64,000 bases of DNA, from NCBI GenBank assembly GCA_943841885.1, contig CALSZZ010000004.1:133894-197893 (forward strand). The letters are read 5' to 3'. Position numbers and translations under genes: made by a program. Source of the stretch: Candidatus Thalassarchaeaceae archaeon. GTDB lineage: Archaea; Thermoplasmatota; Poseidoniia; Poseidoniales; Thalassarchaeaceae. The number at the start of each line of letters is the position of its first letter. Position 1 is the stretch's first letter. Below the pieces are notes generated by a model that saw only the letters and a program-made list of their open reading frames with translations, was not told where the DNA came from and made no database searches. Shown in pieces: positions 50,842 through 60,558 of the stretch.

Positions 50842-50922
50842 TTGGAGTACTCCGACTGTGATTCTCTTTTTCAACCTTTAACAAGGGCATCATTCATGAC
50901 CTGTCGACTTTTCGGTTGAATT

Positions 50923-51543
50923 ATGGCTGATGCGCATCTTGTTATTGACGTCATCGATAACGGAGGGCAATGGACTCACAGAGAATGGAGAATGTTACGA
51001 TATTTAGGCGTAGATACAAAAATTTTGTCAAATAAAACCCCTATTTCTGAATTTAGAGAAGTTGATGGATTAATACTTTCAGGAGGGGCGGCAAGAGTCG
51101 GCCTTACGGGGAGATTGGGAAACTGTGCAGAATATCTAAATCTAAATGTACCAATTCTTGGAATTTGTGCAGGACATCAATTTATGGCAGAGTTTTATGG
51201 AGGCAATTCTGCAGAAGCTTCAAAGCCAGAATTTGGAGAAGCAAAAATAACTTTAGTAGAAGATGGTGGAGAGTTATTTCAGGATACTTCACCTAATCAG
51301 ATGGTTTGGGAAAGTCATAATGACGAAGTCATTATGATTCCTCCAGGCTTTAAAATTACAGCTTTCAGTGAGTCTTGTCAAATTCAAGCCATGGAAAATG
51401 AAAATAGAACTAGATTTGGCCTACAATTCCATCCAGAAGTCGATCATTCAGAATATGGTCAGCAAATATTTTCAAATTTTGTTAAAGTCTGTTCTTTAGC
51501 AAAAAATAACTCTAGAGCCAACGGACAGATTGAAGAAGGGTAG
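50923..51543 (+). CDS. guaAA: GMP synthase glutamine amidotransferase subunit A
   Basis: DNGGQW, LSGG, GICAGHQ, ESHND and QFHPEV. Confidence 0.92.
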   Translation: MADAHLVIDVIDNGGQWTHREWRMLRYLGVDTKILSNKTPISEFREVDGLILSGGAARVGLTGRLGNCAEYLNLNVPILGICAGHQFMAEFYGGNSAEASKPEFGEAKITLVEDGGELFQDTSPNQMVWESHNDEVIMIPPGFKITAFSESCQIQAMENENRTRFGLQFHPEVDHSEYGQQIFSNFVKVCSLAKNNSRANGQIEEG

Positions 51544-51559
51544 GCAAGTCGCCCAAACC

Positions 51560-51832
51560 ATGGCTAAAGACACTGAACACATGATTCTATACAAGTGCAG
51601 AAGAACTTTACGCACTCAGAGAATGCCTTACAACCCGACAGGGGATGTTATTTCACCATTCGATGGGGTTTCTCCAATGGATCCTATGGAAATGAGATAC
51701 AAATGCTTAAAATGTGGAAATCTAGCATGGGTAGAAGCAGGTTCTACCGGTAAATCTTGTCATAAATGTGGTTATCGTATCTTTGTTAAACCTAGAAAAC
51801 CAGGCCAACATAAGACTCTAAAAGCAGAGTGA
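51560..51832 (+). CDS. rpoP: RNA polymerase subunit Rpo12/P with N-terminal extension
   Basis: YKCLKCG...CHKCGYRIFVKPR...KAE. Confidence 0.8.
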   Translation: MAKDTEHMILYKCRRTLRTQRMPYNPTGDVISPFDGVSPMDPMEMRYKCLKCGNLAWVEAGSTGKSCHKCGYRIFVKPRKPGQHKTLKAE

Positions 51833-51920
51833 TTAGATTTTCAACTCAAGTATTTTTAGACGGCCTAATATTAATATCCTAAATATGTCACCGCGCCCTA
51901 TGCGAAACAACAGTTCAAAT

Positions 51921-52092
51921 ATGAAAACTGCTATTTTATTAGTTTTTTTGATGTTGGCCACACCATCCTGATGATCCATATAGAACAGAAGCAGAAGCAG
52001 ATGGCGGATTCTTACCTGGCTTTTCTTCAATCATGGGTATTATTTCTATGTTGGGTGCTGCTATAATATTAACAGGACGACGTAAGGAATGA
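51921..52092 (+). pseudogene. Collapsed or frameshifted surface-protein gene: signal peptide plus out-of-frame PGF-CTERM
   Basis: 51921 encodes MKTAILLVFLMLATPS*. A different frame, 51961-52092, encodes HHPDDPYRTEAEADGGFLPGFSSIMGIISMLGAAIILTGRRKE*. Confidence 0.65.
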
Positions 52093-52167
52093 GTTGGCCA
52101 TTTTTTGGCCACTCATCCCCCCTGTCAATCAAAACTGATTGTTACGAATTACTCCTTTGATCTTGTA

Positions 52168-52252
52168 TGGTGCAGAGGACAGGATTTGAACCTGCGAAGC
52201 ACTACGCACTGGGACCTCATCCCAGCCCCTTTGACCGCTCGGGTACCTCTGC
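52168..52252 (-). tRNA. tRNA-Leu(GAG), long variable arm, CCA encoded
   Basis: Minus strand GCAGAGGTACCCGAGCGGTCAAAGGGGCTGGGATGAGGTCCCAGTGCGTAGTGCTTCGCAGGTTCAAATCCTGTCCTCTGCACCA. Confidence 0.95.
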
Positions 52253-52303
52253 CTATCATCAACCGGGAACTCTAATGTATTTCAAGAATGATGAGTATTT
52301 TTA

Positions 52304-52762
52304 TTATTCTAAACATACCGTATCATTTGTATTAATTACACCTTCTATAATAACAGAAGCATACCATCTTGACCAGCCTGGATTATTTTTCTCAAGAATA
52401 CGAGTATAATTTCCTTCATTGAAGGATTTAATAATTGTTTTACATGGGGGAGCAGTATCTGTTAGTTGAATTAAAACCTCACCAATAGAAATCCTTGTTC
52501 CCGAGTTAAGTATATCCCAATCAATTCCCTTAATGGTAATATTTTCTCCTGTACTGCCGATATCAATCGGATGTCCTTCGGATTGTAATTGTTCAATTCT
52601 TTCTAGTGAAAATAAGCAAACAGCTCTCATAGGACCGCCATGATATTTCAAGTCATTTTGCTTATCACCATCTACTCCAGTATATTCAATTTTTATTTTA
52701 TCAACAGGATATTTAGGGACTCCTCCTGAAGGATTAACATTCAAAGAGTGCACATACCCCAT
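52304..52762 (-). CDS. MOSC domain protein (YiiM-like)
   Basis: GGVPK, GDKQ, HGGPMRAV, GENIT and PC. Confidence 0.88.
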   Translation of the reverse strand: MGYVHSLNVNPSGGVPKYPVDKIKIEYTGVDGDKQNDLKYHGGPMRAVCLFSLERIEQLQSEGHPIDIGSTGENITIKGIDWDILNSGTRISIGEVLIQLTDTAPPCKTIIKSFNEGNYTRILEKNNPGWSRWYASVIIEGVINTNDTVCLE

Positions 52763-52883
52763 AAAATGTTGAATGAGCACACAGACATAACAATATCCCT
52801 ATTTAGTAATATTTTCTATAGTTTTGATAACTTTTGGTCATTTGCGGCTGAATCATCATATCCTTTGACTTCTTGGATAGTAC

Positions 52884-54254
52884 ATGGCAGCATTCGGCGA
52901 TCACCCATCTATACCAATCAGTATTGAAAATTTATTAACCGATGAAACCGTTTCTACTGCATTCCTTAAAGCAGAGTGTTCTACAAGGGTAAAGTGTGGG
53001 CATATCTCTTCATTATTACTAAAACAATTAGAAGATGAAATATGGACTAAACCTAAATTGGAAACTCTTGCAGAAGAACTATCTTTGGTTATAGATCAAA
53101 ATGAAGATCGATCGGATTGTTTTATTGAAATAGAGCGTACAGGCTGTAAAATTATGCAAATAGGCGATTTAAGAATAACTTGTGCTTGGCCGCCATTTTC
53201 CGATGCATGGGAAATTACAATAGTTAGACCAGTTGCACATCTAATGATATCAGATTATAATCTTAATGAAGAATTAATGGGGAGACTGAAAGATCATCAC
53301 CGAGGGGTCTTCGTTGTAGGACGTCCTGGGTCTGGAAAGACTACTTTTGCACAGGCCATAGCCTCATATTTAGATTCAGAAGTAGGTGCAATGGTAAAAA
53401 CGATGGAAGCTCCAAGAGATCTTCAAGTTCCTCAAAGGGTTACTCAATATGCACCTTTAGAAGGAGATTTAGAAAAGACCGCAGAAGTAATATTTTTGGT
53501 AAGACCTGATTTTGTTATATTTGATGAGGTTCGTAGAGCAAGAGATTTCGAAATATTTGGAGATGTTAGACTAGCCGGAGTTGGATTATTAGGTGTAACC
53601 CACGCCAACAGTGCATTAGAAGCAATACAACGTTTAGTCGGAAAAGTTGAATTAGGTTTGATATCACAAGTCCTTGATACAGTAATACATATAGAAAAAG
53701 GAAAAGTACATCAAGTTCTTGAATTAAAAATGGTAGTTAGAGCACCAACAGGTATGGAATCAGATTTAAGTAGACCTGTAATTGAAATCAAGGAATTTCC
53801 ATCTGGAAAAATAACGCATGAGATGTTTGCCTTTGGATCAGAAATAGCCGTTGTACCAGTAAATATTGACGATGGTGAAGGAGGAAGTCCAGCAATGAAA
53901 TTTGCATCTGAACAATTAAAACGTGAGATTACAAGATTAACGGGCATTCCAATTCCTCATGCAAAGTTTGTAACTGATGCATCTGCGGAAATTTTCATCA
54001 ACGAATCAGCAATAGGATCAATGGTTGGAACCAGAGGAGAAAACATTCGACAATTAGAACAGGATTTAAATTTAAAATTAAAAGTCAATTCCATACAAGA
54101 TATCCCCCGGGCTCTTAGGAAAAGAATTGAACGAACTTCATCTTTTAATGAAGACATAGATCAATGGCGAAGCCAATCTGGTAGACAATGGGAACATAAT
54201 GGTGGGAAAACAAAGAAAGGTAGGAGAAAAGTAAGGAAAAATAGGAAAAAATAA
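52884..54254 (+). CDS. PINA-like secretion-ATPase-family protein with KH domain, lacking the PIN domain
   Basis: PPFSD, ITIVRP, GRPGSGKT, MEAPRDL, FDEVR, GVTHA, and KH motif VGTRGENI. Confidence 0.85.
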   Translation: MAAFGDHPSIPISIENLLTDETVSTAFLKAECSTRVKCGHISSLLLKQLEDEIWTKPKLETLAEELSLVIDQNEDRSDCFIEIERTGCKIMQIGDLRITCAWPPFSDAWEITIVRPVAHLMISDYNLNEELMGRLKDHHRGVFVVGRPGSGKTTFAQAIASYLDSEVGAMVKTMEAPRDLQVPQRVTQYAPLEGDLEKTAEVIFLVRPDFVIFDEVRRARDFEIFGDVRLAGVGLLGVTHANSALEAIQRLVGKVELGLISQVLDTVIHIEKGKVHQVLELKMVVRAPTGMESDLSRPVIEIKEFPSGKITHEMFAFGSEIAVVPVNIDDGEGGSPAMKFASEQLKREITRLTGIPIPHAKFVTDASAEIFINESAIGSMVGTRGENIRQLEQDLNLKLKVNSIQDIPRALRKRIERTSSFNEDIDQWRSQSGRQWEHNGGKTKKGRRKVRKNRKK

Positions 54255-54259
54255 AACCC

Positions 54260-55223
54260 CTATCTTCGGTATCTAAAAAATGCAATAAATAGCACTATTA
54301 GTATAAAAAAAAGCACCACTGAAATACATTATTTGATTTTCAGAAATATCATAATCATCGAGGACGCTAATGTTTCCACCGACTCCATTGATAATTCCAT
54401 TTTCCTTAGGATTAACAATAAATTCCAATGAATCTTCACTCTGACATGAGCCAGTAATCGTTGTTCTTTCATCCAGAACTATCAGACAACCTTCATATTT
54501 TTCATCTATATTTGAAGGAGTAGTCAATTCAAACTCACAATTTTCAAAACCACTACCTTCAGAAATCAAAATAGTACATTTTTCACTAACTAGATTAAAT
54601 CCAGATGCCCATGTGCTCTCCGAGTTTGCATTTTTGTCTACAAGATGTAACTCTACATCTAATTCTCTATCTAAATTACTTTCACAATTATAAGCTGCTG
54701 TAAATAAAGCATTTTCTCCTCCTTCTACATTTAATGAATTGATGCCATAATTAACATTACAAATAGTATATTCCATTATTTCGATTTCAATAGCCCATTC
54801 TTCAACTTCGGTTAGGAATCCCAACGGGATTCCTATTGCAGAGATTACTTCTGCAGTTATATTTAATTCATATATTTGTGGAATTAGTGAATTATCTACA
54901 TCAATGATTACTTGAAATGAAGCATCGCTATTCCCTTCTACCATAACATTCCCCGGTCCAGCAGTATCAATATATTCTGAAATATATTCTAAAGAAACTT
55001 CTTCAACATAAGGACGATCATTAGTAAGTATACATTCTATTATTTGATTACTGGAATCAACTTCATCAAAATGAATCACAATTGAACTTGTTGAGCATTC
55101 TAACTCAATACCAGGTAATATTTGTTGAGCTGTCGCCGAGGGAATAAATAGGGCTATCTGAATGTTCAGTAGAACAAGAATAACCACACCCACTCTCCAT
55201 TTCATATCATCTGAATTTCCCAT
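54260..55223 (-). CDS. Secreted/surface protein (resembles choice-of-anchor T); C-terminal TM anchor is out of frame
   Basis: Signal peptide ending AQQILPGIELEC. The ORF stops at 54273; removing one base from the A8 run at 54305-54312 gives GAFFILIVLFIAFFRYRR*, ending at 54260. Confidence 0.7.
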
Positions 55224-55312
55224 TAGGAAATAGATTTATCTATTTTTAAATTCCTTTAGTATCAATTTCTATCTCAAAGCATTCATGACGGCTTTGCTTT
55301 TGGACACCAATA

Positions 55313-56884
55313 ATGAGTGACGGTGCGGGCAAACCTCAGGTTGCAATTGTTCCGGAACAAACCAATATCACTAGTGGAACAGAAGTTCAAGAAAAACTTA
55401 TTTTGGCAGCAAGAGTATTCTCTGATTTACTCAAGCCAACATTTGGACCACGTGGCTTAGATAAAATGTTGTATAAAACCGATGGAACCACTGCTGTTAC
55501 AAATGATGGAGCAAAAATAGTTGCAGAATTGATGGTAAAACATCCAGCTGCTAAGATGATGGTTTCAATGGGTAATGTCCAAGAAGAAACATGTGGAGAT
55601 GGAGTTACTACAACTATGTTATTATGTGGCTCCTTACTAATAGAAGCAAACATACTACTTAGAAAAGGATTACACCCATTAACACTCGTAGATGGATACA
55701 GACTTGCATTAGAAGTTGCAAAAGAGAAAATAGAGCAAGAATCTACACCCGTCAATAAAGAACGTCTTCTAGGCGTCGCCAAGACAGCATTAAGAGGTAA
55801 AGGAGCTGAAAATGCAATTGACTTATTTTCTAATATAATTGTTGAAGCATTATCAATACTTTCGGAAAATAGAAAAAATATAGGTGCAGAACATGTTGTA
55901 ATGTTCAAAACTAACCTCGGCGTAATTCATAATTCACGTCTTCGAAAAGGAGTAGTAATAAATCGTAGAGTATTAATGGACAATCTACCGAATAATTTGA
56001 TAACTCCAAATATAGCAGTACTTAACTCAGACTTAAAAATCCGTTCTTTTACTAGAAACGTCGAAATCAAAATTAATAATGCCAATCAACTAGATTCATT
56101 TGTGGATGCTGAACAAGAACGCAAAGAATCGATAGCAAATGCAATAATTAATAGCGGCGCGAATACTGTATTTTGTACAGGAGAAGTAGATAGAGAAATA
56201 TTATACTTATTATCTGATAATTCTATATTAACAGTCGGAGAATTAGATTCTTCTGAAATAGAAAATATTGCAGAGGCTACGGGAGCAAATATTGTAGAAT
56301 CAATACTAGATATAGAATCTTCAGATATTGGTACTTGTGGTTCAATAAAATGGGAAAGAAGAGAAAATACAGAACAAATTGAAGATATTATTACAATTGA
56401 TGAATGTAATAATCCAAAAATTGTAACCATCGAAGTTGGAGGCTCAGGAGATATTGTCACCGAAGAAATAATTAGAGGTCTACACGATTCTCTACGTGCA
56501 TCATCTATTGCCTTAATGGAAAATGAAATACTTTTAGGAGCAGGTACAATACATTCACAAATGGCCAACTCAGTTAGAGAAGCATCCGAATCAGAACCGG
56601 GAAGAGCAAGATTAGCGATGGAGGCATTTGCGAGAGCATTGGAAACTATTCCTGCAACATTGGTCGAGAATTCAGGAGGAGAATCATTAGACCGTATTTT
56701 GGAATTACGCACATCTTCTAGAGAAAATAAGACCTCAATGGGTATCAACATTGATGGTTTTGTAGCTCCAACCGAAGATGTTTGGCACCCTCGTTTAGTA
56801 ATTGAAGCATCATTAGAATCAGCAACTGAAACAGCGATGAGTATGCTAAGGATAGATCAAGTGATATCTTCTCGTGGCGATTAA
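55313..56884 (+). CDS. Group II chaperonin (thermosome-like), divergent
   Basis: PTFGPRGLDKML, TNDGA, GDGVTT, AFARALETIP and LRIDQVI. Confidence 0.9.
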   Translation: MSDGAGKPQVAIVPEQTNITSGTEVQEKLILAARVFSDLLKPTFGPRGLDKMLYKTDGTTAVTNDGAKIVAELMVKHPAAKMMVSMGNVQEETCGDGVTTTMLLCGSLLIEANILLRKGLHPLTLVDGYRLALEVAKEKIEQESTPVNKERLLGVAKTALRGKGAENAIDLFSNIIVEALSILSENRKNIGAEHVVMFKTNLGVIHNSRLRKGVVINRRVLMDNLPNNLITPNIAVLNSDLKIRSFTRNVEIKINNANQLDSFVDAEQERKESIANAIINSGANTVFCTGEVDREILYLLSDNSILTVGELDSSEIENIAEATGANIVESILDIESSDIGTCGSIKWERRENTEQIEDIITIDECNNPKIVTIEVGGSGDIVTEEIIRGLHDSLRASSIALMENEILLGAGTIHSQMANSVREASESEPGRARLAMEAFARALETIPATLVENSGGESLDRILELRTSSRENKTSMGINIDGFVAPTEDVWHPRLVIEASLESATETAMSMLRIDQVISSRGD

Positions 56885-56930
56885 TTATAAATTATCGAAC
56901 TGTTGAAGAACTTGTGATTAATCGCACAAC

Positions 56931-58523
56931 ATGGTCAGTCCACGAGCACTGCTAAGTGTATGGGAAAAAGAAGGAATAGTAGAGTTTGCTAATTCACTTT
57001 CAGAATTGGGTTGGACTATTCTTTCAACTGGTGGAACTTCAAGAAAACTGAGGAAATCAAATATAGATGTAATAGATGTCTCAGAAGTAACCAACCATCC
57101 TGAAATTTTGCATGGTAGGGTAAAGACCCTTCATCCTGCGGTTCATGGAGGGATACTTGCTCGTAGAAAAATTGATAATGATTTAGAAACACTAGATAAA
57201 TTAGGCTACGGAACCATCGATTTAGTTTGTGTCAATCTCTATCCATTTCAGAATGTTGCAGCCCAAGAACCGAAAGTTTCTGATGAAGAATTAATAGAAA
57301 TGATAGATATTGGAGGCCCAACAATGATTAGATCTGCTGCTAAGAATCATTCCGACGTGATTGTAGTCACCAATAAAAATCAATATGATGATATTATAAA
57401 AAAACTTTCTAAATCATCAGGAGAACCATCAGGTGTAGATATTGAAATGAGGAAAAATTTAGCAATTTCAGCATTTCAATCCACTGCTTCTTATGATATA
57501 ATAGTGAGTAATGAATTGGAAGAACGTTTTTCAGATTTAGAAATACCTAGTAAGTTACACATAAGCACAGATATAGGAACAAATCTTAGATATGGTGAAA
57601 ATCCACATCAACCAGCAGCCTTCTATTCAGATTCTATGACACAGAAAAAGAATGGACTTGCCAAAGCAATTCAACATGGAGGAAAAGAACTTTCGTTCAA
57701 TAATTATCTTGATCTAGATGGTGCATTACGCATTGCACGCAATCTTTTATTGGATATTACAAATCCATATAATCACGGTTGTGTGATAATAAAACATACC
57801 AATCCATGTGGTGCCGCTTTGGATAAATACCAACATATTGCCTGGGAGAATGCACTGGCTAGTGATCCAGAGAGTGCGTTTGGGTGTGTCATCGCATTTA
57901 CCTCAATTGTTGAAAAAGAAACCGCAGAATTAATTGGAAATCATTTTTTTGAATGTATTATTTCACCGGGATATGCCCCCGGTGCATTAGAAATATTATC
58001 GTTAAAGAAGAATAGAAGAATGTTAACTTTGGAAGACTTTCCTTCAAGAAATGATGAGTTAAGACTACGTCAGATTAATGGAGGTTGGGTGGCGCAAATA
58101 CAAGGAGCTCCGAATATCGACTGGGAAAATGTAAAATGTGTTACAAAAAGAATTGCGAATGAAAAAGAGTATGCGCTTGCTAGATTTGGCTGTAAAGTTC
58201 TTTCAGAAGTAAAGTCAAACTCCGTTGCGCTTGTTTCCGAAACCGATACTGGATTTGCTACAGTAGGTATTGGCCCAGGCCAAACAAGCAGAGTCGAAGC
58301 AGTACATATTGCCGCTAGAAGAGCTGGCTTAAGAGCCCAGTCATCAATGATGATTTCAGATGCTTTTTTTCCATTTAGAGATGGTATTGATGCTGCAAAC
58401 GAAATTGGAGTAAAAACAGTAATTCAGCCAGGTGGCTCTATTCGAGATCAAGAGGTGATTGATGCCGCAAACGAGCATCAAATGTCCATGTTATTCACGA
58501 ATAAGAGATTATTTTTGCATTAA
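56931..58523 (+). CDS. purH: Bifunctional AICAR formyltransferase / IMP cyclohydrolase
   Basis: STGGT, GRVKTLHP, IDIGGPT, LRYGENPHQ, KHTNPCG, SDAFFPF and QPGGSIRD. Confidence 0.96.
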   Translation: MVSPRALLSVWEKEGIVEFANSLSELGWTILSTGGTSRKLRKSNIDVIDVSEVTNHPEILHGRVKTLHPAVHGGILARRKIDNDLETLDKLGYGTIDLVCVNLYPFQNVAAQEPKVSDEELIEMIDIGGPTMIRSAAKNHSDVIVVTNKNQYDDIIKKLSKSSGEPSGVDIEMRKNLAISAFQSTASYDIIVSNELEERFSDLEIPSKLHISTDIGTNLRYGENPHQPAAFYSDSMTQKKNGLAKAIQHGGKELSFNNYLDLDGALRIARNLLLDITNPYNHGCVIIKHTNPCGAALDKYQHIAWENALASDPESAFGCVIAFTSIVEKETAELIGNHFFECIISPGYAPGALEILSLKKNRRMLTLEDFPSRNDELRLRQINGGWVAQIQGAPNIDWENVKCVTKRIANEKEYALARFGCKVLSEVKSNSVALVSETDTGFATVGIGPGQTSRVEAVHIAARRAGLRAQSSMMISDAFFPFRDGIDAANEIGVKTVIQPGGSIRDQEVIDAANEHQMSMLFTNKRLFLH

Positions 58524-58526
58524 ATC

Positions 58527-59036
58527 TTATTCACGAGTTTTTATTTTTAGAATAACATAGACAATCCCTATAATTCCTACGAGAATAATTGTTGCTGAAC
58601 CGTATCCGGGGTCAGCTCCATCCCATGAGGACGGACTTGATAGTTCCCCATTGCCTTTTGTGGAAACATGCCATACAAAATAGGTAGACAAAGAAGTCAT
58701 GATTGTAATTAATCCAACGAGTCCATATTTAGCATGTCTAGGTATTGTTTTACCGGTGGCATAATATTCAAAAATAGCAGAACCAAAGTATGGATTTGTC
58801 AAAGTCCAATGAAATAATTTTTTATTAGAAATTGAAAATAAAAATGCAGCAGGAACTGCCCAAGATACAGTAGGCCATCCGGGGATAAAAACTCCTATTA
58901 TGGCAAAAAAAACAAATAAACAACCTAGAGAAACATAAATTTTACTTTTAACAGGATTGCTAGTAACAGAATATCTTTCGATAATTTGTTCTACATTATC
59001 CAATCTTTGCATTGCATTCTCAATTAATCCTAACAC
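58527..59036 (-). CDS. DUF454/YbaN family membrane protein
   Basis: IIGVFIPGWPTV, WTLTNPYFG and IPRHAK. Confidence 0.8.
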   Translation of the reverse strand: MLGLIENAMQRLDNVEQIIERYSVTSNPVKSKIYVSLGCLFVFFAIIGVFIPGWPTVSWAVPAAFLFSISNKKLFHWTLTNPYFGSAIFEYYATGKTIPRHAKYGLVGLITIMTSLSTYFVWHVSTKGNGELSSPSSWDGADPGYGSATIILVGIIGIVYVILKIKTRE

Positions 59037-59123
59037 TGTTCCATCTTTAAGTTCAGTTATCTATAACATACTTTTTATTAATTTATAACGAAACCTAAAA
59101 TCCTACTAACTCCTGACGGGTTC

Positions 59124-59762
59124 ATGGAGAAGCCATACGTATTTCCTAGACGAGCATCCATAGACAAACCTCTAAGGATAGCAGTCTTAATTTCTGGAAG
59201 TGGTTCAGGCCTGAATGCTCTATTAAATTATCAACAAGATCCTAGAGCGCATATTACTAAATTAATTATATCTGATAACATTAACGCTAAGGGTCTAAAA
59301 TATGGCTATGACAATAATATCGCTACAAAGAGTATACCACTGCCAGATATTTCTGATAAAAATAGACAGAGAATTTTGCATGAAGGATTAATTAATATTG
59401 AATTAATTAATTCGGAGATTGAACTTATTGTTTTAAGCGGTTATATGAGGATTTTTACACCATCTTTTGTTGCAAAATGGAAAGGTCGTATAATCAATAT
59501 CCACCCATCATTACTTCCTGATTTTCCAGGTGCACATGCACACAGAGATGTAATTAGATCAGGTGTTAAGATAAGTGGATGTACTGTACATTTGGTTGAT
59601 TTCGGAGTAGATACTGGAATGATATTAGCACAAAAAGAAGTAGAAATTATTTCAGGAGAAACGATTCAAACATTACAAGATAAAATAAAAAAAATAGAAC
59701 ATGAAATCTATCCAAAAGTTCTGGATTTGTTATGTGAAGGGCAATATCATCCTATATCATGA
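59124..59762 (+). CDS. purN: Phosphoribosylglycinamide formyltransferase
   Basis: ISGSGS, SGYMRI, NIHPSLLP, GCTVH, DTG and EH. Confidence 0.95.
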   Translation: MEKPYVFPRRASIDKPLRIAVLISGSGSGLNALLNYQQDPRAHITKLIISDNINAKGLKYGYDNNIATKSIPLPDISDKNRQRILHEGLINIELINSEIELIVLSGYMRIFTPSFVAKWKGRIINIHPSLLPDFPGAHAHRDVIRSGVKISGCTVHLVDFGVDTGMILAQKEVEIISGETIQTLQDKIKKIEHEIYPKVLDLLCEGQYHPIS

Positions 59763-60313
59763 GGATAATTAATATTATTTAGGATTTTAAAATCCTCCAA
59801 ATAAGATGAACATTCTAGTTCAGAAAATTGAATAAATAATGGCTTTTTACTCCCTTTCTTTAATTTATTTAGTATCGCTTTGGGCCTAACTAAAGACAGT
59901 AATGGATGTTTTTTAACACCATCAGTCGGCATTAATAAATCATCATTATCACTAATGTAATTTCTTAAACAATTAAAAAAATCATTCGTAACCCAGGGAA
60001 CATCAACAGTAGCTAATTGTATCAAATCTTCTTTTAGAATATTATTATCTTCAAAATTTTCAATAATTGCTTCTATAGGGCCGGCATACTGATTACTATC
60101 TACAAACCATTCCAGATTTATATCTGAATTTAATATTTCACCATATATTTCAATATATTTAATATCTGAAACCACTATTCTTATAGGTTCTTTATCTGAT
60201 GAATTTAAGGCGTTTACTATACGAGAAATACAGTATTCTCCTTCAATTTTAATCATAGCCTTATCTTCACCCATTCTTGATGATTTACCTCCTGCCAAGA
60301 GTAAAGACCGCAT
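59747..60313 (-). CDS. mobA: Molybdenum cofactor guanylyltransferase
   Basis: LAGGKSSRMGEDKA, AGP, VDVP, HPL and NIN. Confidence 0.88.
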   Translation of the reverse strand: MRSLLLAGGKSSRMGEDKAMIKIEGEYCISRIVNALNSSDKEPIRIVVSDIKYIEIYGEILNSDINLEWFVDSNQYAGPIEAIIENFEDNNILKEDLIQLATVDVPWVTNDFFNCLRNYISDNDDLLMPTDGVKKHPLLSLVRPKAILNKLKKGSKKPLFIQFSELECSSYLEDFKILNNINYPHDIG

Positions 60314-60317
60314 TTAA

Positions 60318-60527
60318 TCACCTCAGTTCATCCAGACGATTTAAAGCATATTGGATTTCATCCATAAGATCTAATGCTCTTTTTAATAAAATTTGACGTT
60401 CCTTCCTTCCATTAGATTCACCTAACCAACGCATCAATTGTGATATATCATCCGAATTTTTTTGTATTGTCCATGTAAGTACTTGTTCAGAAATAGGATC
60501 ATCCGATGGCAAAAGTCGTACGCCCAT
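60318..60527 (-). CDS. Small helical hypothetical protein
   Basis: 69-aa ORF, co-oriented and tightly packed. Confidence 0.6.
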   Translation of the reverse strand: MGVRLLPSDDPISEQVLTWTIQKNSDDISQLMRWLGESNGRKERQILLKRALDLMDEIQYALNRLDELR

Positions 60528-60558
60528 AACTACCCGAAGTGTGGTGCACCCATCAGTT

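Noticed and set aside
51833..52030. 65-aa minus-strand ORF
   Set aside because: No motif; the plus strand carries the recognisable signal peptide and PGF-CTERM.
52168..52252. A32-U38 in the tRNA-Leu(GAG) anticodon loop, and encoded CCA ends
   Set aside because: Both are known tRNA features; neither indicates recoding or an intron.
52167..52409. 80-aa ORF MVQRTGFEPAK...
   Set aside because: It is the antisense reading of tRNA-Leu and the end of the MOSC gene.
55387..56751. Long antisense ORFs (173 and 221 aa) within the chaperonin gene, and similar shadows elsewhere (e.g. 20165-20605, 31018-31449, 62137-62610)
   Set aside because: They are fully nested opposite well-supported genes, have S/I/F-rich antisense composition and show no motifs.
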